Shown: piece after piece, positions 13,240 to 25,589 of the stretch | Position numbering within the stretch: the first letter of the stretch is position 1 | Layout of the letters: each line of letters starts with the position of its first letter | Source: Lepidodermella squamata | Taxonomy: Eukaryota; Animalia; Gastrotricha | Length of the DNA: 64,000 bases | Assembly (NCBI GenBank): GCA_047495785.1 | Contig: JBLDXI010000029.1 | Location: 2,728,001 to 2,792,000, forward strand | Direction: 5' to 3' | The notes under the pieces: generated by a model | Database searches by the model: none | What the model was told of the DNA's origin: nothing | What the model saw: the letters and a program-made list of their open reading frames with translations, nothing else | Program-made: the position numbers and the translations under genes

Positions 13240-14267
13240 GGCGCAACCTGCCGACGATTGGAAGACAAGCTGCAGGGAGCTACTTCGTGGTGCGACAAGT
13301 GGGACTGGGGCTGAACCTGCTCAAGTGTGAAGTAATGGTCTATGGGAATTACAACCGAAGACTGAAAGCTAGATTAACCCTTAGCCGCCGGCGAAATGAC
13401 GTGTTAACTCGAGCACCTTTCAAAAAATCCCAGAAAATCAAGAAGAAGCTAAAATCAAATTCTGAGTCGGCAGAAAGTCTTACATTTAGCCTTAGATTGA
13501 AAGCCGAACCTCTTTTTCAGAAGAAATTTACCTGGGTTGCCGTTGCTATGACGTGTTAACGCGTTTTCATGACGTGTTAACAAGTCATTTAAAATTTTTC
13601 TCACTATTTTCGACCTGGTCGGAATGGCTTTGAAAATTTGGATTTTCGGGGAGTGCTTGTTTCTTGCTATTGATTTATCATAATTTATGACGCAACAATG
13701 GGTTCGATAGCCCAAATCCTCCGACCACGGTGAATTTTCTCCGGAATTAACGCGTGTACACGTCTTCGGCGGCTAAGGGTTAAAGCTCATCGGTAATCTG
13801 GTTCCGCAAGTTTCGTCACTTGGCGTAACGCTGACCGCGCTTAAGCTGGGATGAGCATCTATCGAAGCTATCTTCGAAAGCTCGATCTGGGCGTTCTGGA
13901 CCAGAACCTGGGGATCCTGTTTCATCGAGCAATGGTTGAAAGTTTGCTGATCTACGGCTGCCCAGCTTGGCTGTGTCTCTGTCCAACAGCAGGAGTCAAA
14001 CGCATTTCGCTGCAAGTTGATGGCCCCAGGGCAGCCTTAGAACTGCCATACGAAGCTGTCAAGTTGGGTACGATCGCACTTTCAAGTGTGCCCTGCATCA
14101 CTGACACCTTTGAGAAAATGTCCGCTAAGTATAACGAAAGGTCCTTCCACGGCAGCAAAGTCATGGCCGACTACGTCGCTTACGTGTCGAGCTGCAAGTT
14201 CGATAAGAAGCAACAAAAGTACCTACTCGAGCACTGCCCAGCATGGCCTCTGGTTGGCGAGGTGTAA
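13240..14267 (+). mobile_element. Degenerate non-LTR retrotransposon RT C-terminal fragment
   Basis: GLGLNLLKCEVM and LFHRAMVESLLIYGCPAW resemble LINE thumb-region motifs; frameshifted and split by a piggyBac-like MITE. Confidence 0.6.
13378..13779. mobile_element. piggyBac-like MITE
   Basis: Perfect 13-bp TIR CCCTTAGCCGCCG / CGGCGGCTAAGGG with TTAA target duplication on both sides. Confidence 0.9.
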
Positions 14268-14560
14268 ATAAGAACATCAGAGTTTTTTTTGAGCGTTTAT
14301 GCGTATTAGCTGTTCAGTAGCCCTAAACCAAAGATAGTCCGAATATTTTCGATTGAATTTGAAGATAATCCAGAGAATTGGCATTCAGCTGCATGAAAGA
14401 GGCAAATGCATGCTCAATATCAAAAACTCAACAGCATTGTATTTTATCGATGCGCCTGGAGAAAATAGCTTTGAATCCCATGAATCGTGGAACGCGTCAA
14501 ACAAGTACATGCCATTCTAATAAAACTTAATTCAGATACATCGACATGTTTGTCGGTTTA

Positions 14561-16465
14561 CTACATCACCGTAGATAACAAGATGCAAGTCAAAGCCATT
14601 AAGGTTTCTGCAGCATAAATTCGATTGGCATCACTGGTAGAGCCGCTAGCAGATTTACCGGAAGAAGCAGTAACGATTTTAGGCTTTCCATTCGGCCCAT
14701 CTCTGTTGCAGTCGAGCCCAACAGCAGCAGTTGGTGGAGATCGGCAAGCTTCGGTTACTTGCCGCATTTCCTTCGCCGACAGGGGTGAATCATAGACTGA
14801 GACACAAGCTATGTTGTCGTTCGCAATCATACCATACTGGATATTGGTCTCGCGATCTAAGGCTCCTCCGACTACAATTGATGGCACCCATTGAATGGCC
14901 GAGTCTGATGCGTAGAACAGCTTCCGGTCGACAGACGTCGAATTCGCGCCCAAGCTATTCATATCATATCCGAGTTTCGAGTAGTCGAAAACAACTAGAG
15001 TGTTCGATTTATGAAACTGGTGAACCGTCAACTTCTGATCGCTTGAATTATACGTAAGGCCAATGAAATTCCAGGCCCAGCAGAGATCTGGTAAAGCTAG
15101 AGACGCTGCGACACTACTGTTCCTTTTGTCGAAAACTCTGATATTAAGCATGAAGTCCTCTGAGCAATGAAGCGTGAGAAACGAGTTTCCTAGCTCCATC
15201 TCAAACAATCCGATAAGCCGACCACCGCGCCGAGAGACCGCGTCGCTTCCTAAACTATCGCGGTTCCCAGCTGCGAAGAAAGACACAGAAAATCCTGCTG
15301 GTTTCAATGGCACCATCGACTTGTAGTAGGCCAAGGTTCTATTTTCAGTTCTGGACATTGCACTGCAGCACTGTCCAGTCATGAAGCTGTAATAGCCTGA
15401 AAATTGTCCGTAGGGCGAATACTCATCGAGAAAGGCACTTTGCGATCGGCTATACGGGGCGACCCCGCAAATTGTGTCGTTCAGCCGTGAAATATCGCCA
15501 AGGTACGGGGCAAATACTAGAGAATTAGGGTTTGGCCATGGAACGCCGAGTTGAACTAAGAAACAAATTATTCGTGTATTTCATTGTCGCTGTCAGCTGT
15601 CGAATCTCTTACCATTTCCTTCGCGCTTGCAATCAAATGCGGGAGACTTTCGAGGAGCTTCGCGGCAGGCTTCTGGCAACTGGCTGATTTCGTTCTCATT
15701 TAAGGCGGCATTGAACATCGAGAAACAGAATAAGTTTTGGCCTGTTCCGAATCCAAAATCAAGATACAAGTCCCTATCCAAAGCTTCCCCGAGCGTTAGT
15801 TGACTCCATTCTCCACCGATCTGGAAGGGTTTGCTAGTGTTACTAGATGCGGATTTCTTTGATTTTCCATTAAGATCGATGACATAAGCCGTCATTTGGT
15901 TTGCTGTGCTATCGTGGGATATCGCGAAATACCGCCAAATATTATCACCGCAAGTGCTCGAGACATTGAGCTTGATAGTGGCATTTATGTCGTCCTTATC
16001 GAAAACTTTAACAAAAAGTTCATTTGAAAGGCACGCAGCTGTTAGAAATGACTTGTCAGTTTCAAGTTCAAGTAGTCCAGCGGAACTGGCCGAGGACAAG
16101 TAAAACGATATAGTGAAGCTTTGTTTTATCGGAACAGGGCGATAGATCGTAAGGTAGTTCCTTTTTTTCACAATGCTTCGACTTCGAGAGTACGAACCAG
16201 CTTGAGAGCCAAACGGGTTTTTGCTAGCGTCGAATGCGGCGAAAGCGCTTGTGTTTACTGGAGCTAGGTTGCAGATTGTGTCGTTCAAATCGTTGTCTCT
16301 GTCCATCTGGGCGTGGAATACTAATGACTCGAGTTTCGGCCAGGCAGTAGCTGCTGCAGAACCTTCATTTTAAATCTCAATTGCATTTTATATTCACGTG
16401 TGAATAATTATACCTGATACCAAATACCCGATTGTTAATACTAGAAGGTTAGACAGCTTCAGCAT
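14561..16465 (-). CDS. Array copy 2: two-LamG-like-domain GPI-type protein, about 598 aa
   Basis: Exons 16465-16414, 16362-15613 and 15555-14561; introns of 51 and 57 nt; in frame; signal peptide MLKLSNLLVLTIGYLVS. Confidence 0.85.
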
Positions 16466-17623
16466 GATGCTGCTGAACGAGTTGATTTAAAATTCGATTT
16501 AACTGTAGCCAGGTAAAAAAAGCGTTGTAACCTTGTAAATCATGGAAAAATATGTAGGCTTCATAGGCATAGAGAATTTACGTGTCACTGCGTTATAGAG
16601 GTAAGAGAATTGCCGCAAATTCTTAAAAAATTTTTTTATAACATAATACAACTCGTGGCCAATTTTGCCGATAGATAATGCCAATCTTTACTATTTTCCT
16701 ATAAACCAATTGTCTTCGTCTCTTCACCGCAATGACGAGTATTTGCATAACACACTCACGCCGTCTCCTTTATGAAAGGACAGCATGTTTTTCATGCCTA
16801 GTGTTTCAGAACTTGCGCACCAGTCAATGTAATTAGTTTTGTATGTTATGCAGTTATGGCGTTATACAGCGTGCAAGCGCTATGCTTTAAGTAGCCGAAA
16901 ATTCATACGACTGATCTTGTAATCGGAATATAATTTGCTGATATATATTCTGCTCAGGGTGCGATCTTCGATCCCCGAGCTCCCAGGGATGGAAAAAACT
17001 TGTTTGCTGTATTTGCCAAAATGACGAGTCATTTCGGCTTATAACCGAAGCGAGAAAATTTTGGAAAATTTCCACTAAAACACGTCCCAGAACCTTCCAA
17101 AATTAACAAAACAGTAGGATAAATTCTCATTTTGTTGTTTGGCCCCGCCGAGCTGGGGGGATGATCCCCCCCATCCCCCCCTGAAAGTCGCACACTGATT
17201 CTGCTGATTTGACATGTGCAGAATTGTCGAAAGATATCACAGCTCAAAAGTCTTTACTAAAGAGTCGCTACTGACTAGTCGAGGTGCTGAAATAGCGGAT
17301 GCTCAAGTGTCGACGGCTTAACAGTCGTCTGCTGAAATAGCGAATGCTAAAATAGCGGCTGCTCAACCGTCGCAAGCTCTGGTGTTGCCGCTTAACTGAC
17401 GTTGCTGAACTGTCTTACAACCAAGACCGATATATGCGCTCCTGAAATGCATAACGCTTTCAGAATTTCTTTCCTCTGTGTCCTGATGGAAGCCGTCTAC
17501 ATTTTTGATACCTACTGAAATCACAAATTGGAAATTTGAATAGTAGAGAAAGAATCATATGGACTTCTTGAAAATTATCCCTCACAATGTACAGGCAATA
17601 TGGAATATTAATTTAGCAGAATA

Positions 17624-17897
17624 TCTTTCAGCGAAACCAAATTTACGGTGAGCGGAACCAAATTTGCTTTTTGCGGAACCAAAGTCGAAATAAGCCAAGA
17701 GTCATTTTTTGAATAATTCTACGAATTTTAGGCGAAGCATGAGTTCTGAATTGAACGCTCCGTCTTGTAGAGAGCTTTACGCTGAATTCGCTGGTGATTT
17801 TTCCACAATTATTGTGGGCCAATCCTGACCCGCAAAAAAAATCCGAAAAGCGATTTCAGGCCACTAGAAAATTCCAAAATTTGGCTCCGCTGAAAGG
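17624..17897. mobile_element. MITE-like inverted-repeat element
   Basis: ctttcagcgaaaccaaattt at left and aaatttggctccgctgaaag at right. Confidence 0.5.
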
Positions 17898-18536
17898 AGG
17901 ACCCTTAATTTAGATATAGTTCATTAGAATATTATAGAATCTCGAAATTTCTAAAAAAAATATTTGGGTGCAATATGGTCACCATGTGCAAGGCTAAAAT
18001 GTTGTGCGTTTTATTTGAGCCATATGCGCATAGCTAAATGTATAATGTAAAATCGACCCATTTTCAAATCGATTTTTCGAAAAAAGTCATTTTTGTAATT
18101 TTTTGGTAATTTAACTTTTTGCGCTCTTTCCCTTGAGAGGTTTAACTTTATGGAGACTCCACTCAAGGCAAATGCTGTTGATTCGCGCTAAACACGAAAA
18201 TCGATAATTTGCGAGTCGCCCGCCATTACGCACTCGGTTTTCACCTCGTTAAATCGATGGATTTAGATTGTAAATCGTTTACAATCTAAATTCGCATTTA
18301 TTTTCAAGGTTGTTAAATAATAAATAACCTTTTGTCACATTTGTTATGCGCCCTTCGGCCGTAATAAAATTAATTCGCACCGTAGGATAATTGGATGAGC
18401 CACGCCGTCAAAAAGCTCACTCTAGCTGCTGAGTTAGTAGAAGCTTCCAAGCTGTCGGTTAGCTCGGCGGCGAATGGGGCCGAAACGGCTGTGGATGGCT
18501 CCACATCTTCGGCGGCTAGTAATGAGAGTGAAACAA

Positions 18537-18704
18537 TGAGACTAAACTTCGAGTGTCGTTAATGGCGAGTTTTATGAATTTTGTAGAAGTCAATTCTCCC
18601 TTGGTGTCTTCCAGACCACGAAAAACCTGATCGAGTTGATACGTTTTCTGCTGGCTAAAAGTGTGAAATTTGTTATGGCGAGTCGAATGAATCAAGACGC
18701 TGTT
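18537..18704 (+). mobile_element. P-element/THAP9-like transposase relic
   Basis: Translates ETKLRVSLMA and TTKNLIELIRFLLAKSVKFVMASRMNQDAV, resembling the KMRVxLA and YVLTxRxNQDxLE motifs of P transposases. Confidence 0.5.
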
Positions 18705-19824
18705 CTCACAACTTAGCTAGTCGCCATTCATCATCAGGGGCATGTAGGATTTATGGCGTATATTTGGGGCGCGCGCTATAAAAGTCCCACTGATAACGCG
18801 CCATAGGGTCTAAGGTCTAATAGACCCTATGCCTATAAATCCCTGACCCCACACATCTTTGAGAATGTTTAAATTCGAAAAATATTTTGATAGCAATAAC
18901 TATGCCACAATTCAATTGGTGGCAGTTCTTACCTGGCGTCAATTCGATTTGACGTATGGTGTTTTTGCTGCAACTGCATGCAGGGTCGCATTTAGGTGTT
19001 GAAAGGAACAATTCTTTTGCTTTCTGTGTGTATGGATGAAAAGCGAATCAAATGGAAATTTACCTTCGATTATAGCGATCAGAAAGGATCACAGCCATTT
19101 GTTGTGTATTTTTATTACGCCGCAAGCTTCAATTCGCAGTTTATCGATCGTCGTCAACGCGGAAAATCAACATTTATGGATTGCCGTAGGTGGTTTCATT
19201 AGAAGCCAGTACTGGGCAAAGAAAACGGCACTTTTTTCTCAGACCGTAATTTGGTGCACCGCTGTACTTGTATTAGTCGAAGCGCTTTCTGTGACTGTCA
19301 TTAACGACGGTGTTCACGGCACGGCTGTGTACAAAACAGATTTCGGCTTGGCTCGATTACACTTCTCATGAAAGATGGGTTAAGCCATAAAATCGTAAAA
19401 AGTGTTGCCTTAATCGAATCGGCCAACGCGATGGCTATTTAGCTGACTTTCGGCTGATTTTTCGCCGAGGCCCAGCCTGGACTTTTTGGCTATAGCTTGC
19501 GCTAAATTGGCGTTTACAACATTTTATGTAGGCATTCGGTTTTACTGAACGGTAGCTGCAAAAACAGTTAAGTATTCCTAAATCAAAGATGATCCAAAAA
19601 TTCGATTGAAGTGTTCGAAACAAAGATAATCCAGAGAACCAAACGCTCCAAAGCCTTTATATGTTATTGATGCGTCTGGGGAAAAACAGCTGTGTAGGAG
19701 TCGTGAAACGCGTCAAACAAGTACATGCCATTCTAATAAAAATAATGAATCACTTCAACAAGTATCACATATACTAAAGTTCAGATACCAGTAGGATGGA
19801 TTCGATTCGATGGATTCGTTCGCA

Positions 19825-22800
19825 CTACATCCCCGTAGCTAAAACGATACATGTCAACGCCATTAAAATTTCACCAGCATAATTTCGACTAGCATCACTG
19901 GTTGAGTCGCTGGCAGATTTACCGGAAGAAGCAGTAACGAGTTTAGGCTGGCCATTAGGCCCATCTCTATTGCAGTCAAGCCCAGTAGCGGCAGTTGGTG
20001 GAGATCGACAAGCTTCGGTTAGTTGCCGCATTTCCTTCGCCGACAAGGGGGAATCGTAGATCGTAACACAGGCCATATTGTCATTTTCCATCAAGCCGTA
20101 CTTTGTATTGTTCTCGCGATCTAACGCCCCTCCAACTACAATCGATGGAACCCATTGAATGGCCGAGTCTGATGCGTAGAACAGCTTCCGATCGACAGTT
20201 GTCGAATTCGCGCCCAAGCTATTCATATCATATCGAAGTTGCGAGTAGTCGAAAACAATAAGAGTGCTCGATTAATGAAATTGGTAAATCGTCAATTTCT
20301 CATCACTCGAATTATAAGTAAGGCCAATAAAACTCCAGGCCCAGCAGAGATCTGGTAAAGCCAGTGATGCCGCGACACTACTGTTCCTTTTGTCGTAAAC
20401 TTTGACATTAAGCATGTAGTCCTTTGAGCAATGAAGGGTTAGAATATGTTAGAATAAATGTGACAATCATGCTCAACGTCTCAAGGGCTTGCAGGATGAA
20501 AAGTTGGCGATTTTTCGCGATTTCCTACGACAGCTCAACGAGCCAACTGACGGCTTATGTCTTCGATCCTAAGACCAATTTAATAAAGTCGGCTTCTGGC
20601 AATATGTCCAAACCCCTGCTGATCGGCGGAGACTGGAGTCAGTTAACGCTCGGTGATGTTTTGGATAGGGATGCTTACCGAGAATGGGGATTCCGAACTG
20701 GCCAGAACTTGTTCTGCTTCTCGATGTTCAACGCCGCTCTGAATTCGAGTGAAATCGGCCAGTTGCCGGGATCATGTCGCGAAGCTCCTAAGAAATCACC
20801 GACAGTTGACTGCAGGCGTGACGGCAACGGTAAGTTCGATGACTTTATTCATAAGCAACACTACATCATGTAGGCATCTATTGTGTGTACGCCTTTAGAT
20901 TATCTGATCTAACAGCTTAAGTTAAGATCCGTACGATCACCACCCCGTTGGACAAAATAAAAAATGAAATCAAAAGGTCGCGCGGCGTTAACAATTATGT
21001 TGCGCGACATTCCGAATTAATTTCCGCGACGTTTTCGGTTTCTCTCAGCGTAAATAATTCGGTTCTATTTTCAAAAATGTTTACTCATTCTGTTAAAAAA
21101 CATCAAGATTGTGAATTTAGCTGCCAGCATTCCAAGGTTTATACCCGTTTTATAGTTCCGGAGTGATTTTTGCGAGTTGCGATTTTTTTCGAGTGATTTT
21201 TGAACGACTTGACGACCATGATTTTTAGGAAGATTTTTTTTGCTTCCAGAAGCATTTTAATGTCGAAATGCTATCAGTGTCGAGTCCATATAGTACTAGC
21301 AATAGCAGGGGGCGGCTCTTCCGTCCGGCCATCCAAAATATAGAGAAACCGCAGAGAATGCTGGCAGCTAAATTCACAATCTTGATGTTTTTTAACAGAA
21401 TGAGTAAACATTTTTGAAAATAGAACCGAATTATTTACGCTGAGAGAAACCGAAAACGTCGCGGAAATTAATTCGGAATGTCGCGCAACATAATTGTTAA
21501 CGCCGCGCGACCTTTTGATTTCATTTTTTATTTTGTCCAACGGGGTGGTGATCGTACGGATCTTAACTTAAGCTGTTAGATCAGATAATCTAAAGGCGTA
21601 CACACAATAGATGCCTACATGATGTAGTGTTGCTTATGAATAAAGTCATCGAACTTACCGTTGCCGTCACGCCTGCAGTCAACTGTCGGTGATTTCTTAG
21701 GAGCTTCGCGACATGATCCCGGCAACTGGCCGATTTCACTCGAATTCAGAGCGGCGTTGAACATCGAGAAGCAGAACAAGTTCTGGCCAGTTCGGAATCC
21801 CCATTCTCGGTAAGCATCCCTATCCAAAACATCACCGAGCGTTAACTGACTCCAGTCTCCGCCGATCAGCAGGGGTTTGGACATATTGCCAGAAGCCGAC
21901 TTTATTAAATTGGTCTTAGGATCGAACACATAAGCCGTCAGTTGGCTCGTTGAGCTGTCGTAGGAAATCGCGAAAAATCGCCAACTTTTCATCCTGCAAG
22001 CCCTTGAGACGTTGAGCATGATTGTCACATTTATATCGTCCTTGTCAAAAACGTTGACGATAAGCTCATTTGACAGGCAGACAGCTGTTAGAAATGACTT
22101 GTCAGTTTCAAGTTCGAGCAAACCAGCAGCAGTGTCCGGCAATGACTTCAGGGATAGGTAAAAGGATAGCGTGAAGAGGGAAGAGCCGCCCCCTGCTATT
22201 GCTAGTACTATATGGACTCGACACTGATAGCATTTCGACATTAAAATGCTTCTGGAAGCAAAAAAAATCTTCCTAAAAATCATGGTCGTCAAGTCGTTCA
22301 AAAATCACTCGAAAAAAATCGCAACTCGCAAAAATCACTCCGGAACTATAAAACGGGTATAAACCTTGGAATGCTGGCAGCTAAATTCACAATCTTGATG
22401 TTTTTTAACAGAATGAGTAAACATTTTTGAAAATAGAACCGAATTATTTACGCTGAGAGAAACCGAAAACGTCGCGGAAATTAATTCGGAATGTCGCGCA
22501 ACATAATTGTTAACGCCGCGCGACCTTTTGATTTCATTTTTTATTTTGTCCAACGGGGTGGTGATCGTACGGATCTTAACTTAAGCTGTTAGATCAGATA
22601 ATCTAAAGGCGTACACACAATAGATGCCTACATGATGTAGTGTTGCTTATGAATAAAGTCATCGAACTTACCGTTGCCGTCACGCCTGCAGTCAACTGTC
22701 GGTGATTTCTTAGGAGCTTCGCGACATGATCCCGGCAACTGGCCGATTTCACTCGAATTCAGAGCGGCGTTGAACATCGAGAAGCAGAACAAGTTCTGGC

Positions 22801-23539
22801 CAGTTCGGAATCCCCATTCTCGGTAAGCATCCCTATCCAAAACATCACCGAGCGTTAACTGACTCCAGTCTCCGCCGATCAGCAGGGGTTTGGACATATT
22901 GCCAGAAGCCGACTTTATTAAATTGGTCTTAGGATCGAAGACATAAGCCGTCAGTTGGCTCGTTGAGCTGTCGTAGGAAATCGCGAAAAATCGCCAACTT
23001 TTCATCCTGCAAGCCCTTGAGACGTTGAGCATGATTGTCACATTTATATCGTCCTTGTCAAAAACGTTGACGATAAGCTCATTTGACAGGCAGACAGCTG
23101 TTAGAAATGACTTGTCAGTTTCAAGTTCGAGCAAACCAGCAGCAGTGTCCGGCAATGACTTCAGGGATAGGTAAAAGGATAGCGTGAAGCTAGGCTTAAT
23201 CGGAACAGGACGATAGATCGAAAGGTAGTCCCAGTTTTCTCCAATGTCTGTACTCAACGAGTACGAACCAGTTAGATCGCCGAACGGGTTGTTTCCAGGG
23301 ACAAATGCGGCATAAGAGCTCGTGTTTACTGGAGCAAGGTTGCAAATCCTATCGTTCAAATCGTTATTTCTGTCCATCTGGGCATGGAATACTAAAGCGT
23401 CGAGTCTTGGCCAGGCGGTGGCTGCCGTGGAACCTTATAATAGCGAATACCATTAACATTTCAAATTATATTCGAGCATGATCATACCTGGAGATAAAAA
23501 CCCGATTGATAATAATACAAGATAAATCCGCTTCATCAT
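19825..23539 (-). pseudogene. Array copy 3/4: LamG-like gene disrupted by an inverted triplication and a deletion
   Basis: Exon 1 (23539-23488) and exon 2 (23433-22672) are intact. Extra partial exon-2 copies lie at 21356-22176 (direct) and 20455-21322 (inverted). Only the 3' part of exon 3 remains (20444-19825), with AAA>TAA at 20272-20274. Confidence 0.8.
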
Positions 23540-24298
23540 GATGGAGCTGGAAGAGTTGAATCAATAAGAATTGATACTGACCCACACAAAAAATAAATTC
23601 AAGGCCGTCGCCTTGTAAATCACAAAAGTGATAGATATGCCTTTGACACAGCAGCTTTCAATAGGCCTAAAGAATGTCAATACTCATGAAATATTACGGC
23701 GCATATGTCGTCGTGAATGAGATTTACTAAGCTCTCAGGTATAATGTACCTAGAAAGTATTTGCGGCTAGAGAAGTCGCCAAGAGAACACGGCATTCAGG
23801 AGCACATATTAGCAATTGGGTCAAGCTATTCGTGCTTGACTATGCACGCGAAATCATCCAAGTTTTTTTATCGCGCGAAAAAATTGTCGGCAATGAGGAA
23901 AAGGATCGCATGTCGTCAAGCCATCCATGTTTGCTCATTGGTTTGGCACTAGCCCTAGTCACCAAAGATCACAAGTTCGATTCCACAAGGCACGGTTTTT
24001 TTCTTCGTGAACGTAATATTGCAAAAAAAGATTTTTTGAATTAGCGAATGTTCGTTTGTGTCATGGCTCCCGTCATATCAGCAAATAGTCAAGTGATGAT
24101 TTGTTACAAAACACTGCTAACAAGCAAGTCGGCTTGAATGTTCTAGACGAATGAATTGGTGATTTGGCACGCGTTTGAAATTAGAAATTATCGACAATGA
24201 GTTTTTGCTGAACAATTGAACAATTTGCTGGATGCTGAAAGCTGAACAAGCACCCCTGGCAGAGTAAAAATAAATAAATTAAATAAATAATAATAATG

Positions 24299-24420
24299 AA
24301 ACGAGAACCGCGATCGGTAACGACACCTTCGGGCAAGCTATGAAGTCGGAAGACTTGATCAATCACGGCTCTCGCCGTTTGCTCAGCAGAAGTTAGACCG
24401 GGAAAATAAATAAAATGCGC
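24299..24420 (-). mobile_element. Ty3/gypsy integrase fragment
   Basis: AHFIYFPGLTSAEQTARAVIDQVFRLHSLPEGVVTDRGSRF matches the integrase core around the second catalytic Asp. Confidence 0.75.
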
Positions 24421-24522
24421 CAGATTCTCTCGTTCAAAAAGTTGTTTCTGTCCATGATGAGCGCATGGAATACTAAGGAATCGAGTTTCAGCCAGGCAGC
24501 ATACAGTGGCTGCTGCAGAACT
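24418..24522 (-). pseudogene. Relic of the 5' end of array exon 2
   Basis: cagattctctcgttcaaaaagttgtttctgtccat...catggaatactaa...gccaggcag...gtggctgctgcagaac aligns to the exon-2 start of the paralogues, with indels. Confidence 0.7.
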
Positions 24523-25589
24523 CTCTTCGAAATTGGTCAGGCATTGTAGTCCGGGTTTTGCAAAGTGACCCAGATGAATCATCAGCTGGTTACTATTGCT
24601 TTTATGTTTTTAAGTTTTATGTGTACAGTATTTTCCTGTTTGGGTGGTGGGGCTGGTGGTGCGGTGGTGAAGTCGCGCGTATTTTTCTTAGCAATAATCG
24701 CGGTAGCAGTCGAAATCGAGCAATCAAGAAATATTGGCACATTGCGCGTGGCGGCTTAGATTTTCCAATTGCCTATCTTCACTTGTCAATATCTTCGTTC
24801 GTGTCGCGCTATCAAGTAATAAAGGAGGGTCTTCAGTGATGTAAGTACAGCCATTTGTTATAAATATTGCTTGACAGTTTCGCGACCACATGACCGCACC
24901 ACCTCACGCCGCCCCTTAGCTTTCCCGGAAAGCTACGGAAAGCTACGGGGCGGCGACGAGGCGAGAACGCCAAGGGAGGAGGCGGCGATTCGATCGACCT
25001 CGTTCTGGGCGTCTGAGCTTCGACAAAGGTAGCGCACGTGCTGGCGAGGTCCTGGAAGGCCGACTTGGGATCTCGCAATTATTACTTTGTGAAAAATCGC
25101 TCGAATGTTAACCAATAGCCGAATTCTCAGGCTTTATTACTAATTACTAACTATTTGAATTTTAGCATACGTGCATAAACAGTTGCGTAAAACAAGTGAT
25201 TTCTATTTCTGAAGGATAATTAATCTAACGGATAAAGTTGAAACCGTACTAGCAATTGATTTCAGTGGTGAAATACCGCGTGCGGCAATTGAAACTTCAT
25301 TTTGATAAGAAGACCGCCGGGAAATTCGAATATTAGCTTTTATCATTTATCATTTACCGGACCAATCAGAGCCGACCATGTTCATACAACATGCCTTAAA
25401 TAATACATGTTTTCAATAGTTAACACAGACTTCAGCGAGATGGAGATTTAAATTACCGGGAAGTATAATAAATATCCGAGACAATAAATGACAACTCTAC
25501 GTCACCATAACTAAAAAGATGGATAACAGCGCCAGTTAGGATTAGGGATTAAGACGCATAAGTCATAAGTTTGATTGGGGCCTCTTTTA

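Noticed and set aside
18395-18502. Possible hammerhead ribozyme (gccGTC ... GAAACggc pairing)
   Set aside because: No CUGANGA core in the required position and no convincing stems I and II
20424-22553. ORFs of 149, 72, 88, 228 and 72 aa as separate genes
   Set aside because: They are by-products of the triplication: chimeras of intron and partial exon sequence with no signal exon
22628-22671. Conserved read-through peptide after exon 2 (KFDDFIHKQHYIM / EFDGFIHREHYNR) as a secreted single-domain isoform
   Set aside because: Explained by recent duplication of intron sequence; absent in copy 1; needs transcript evidence
23925-24002. tRNA gene
   Set aside because: Degenerate A/B boxes only and no cloverleaf; at most a SINE relic
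24833-25115. GC-rich ORFs, possibly gag-like
   Set aside because: No diagnostic motif
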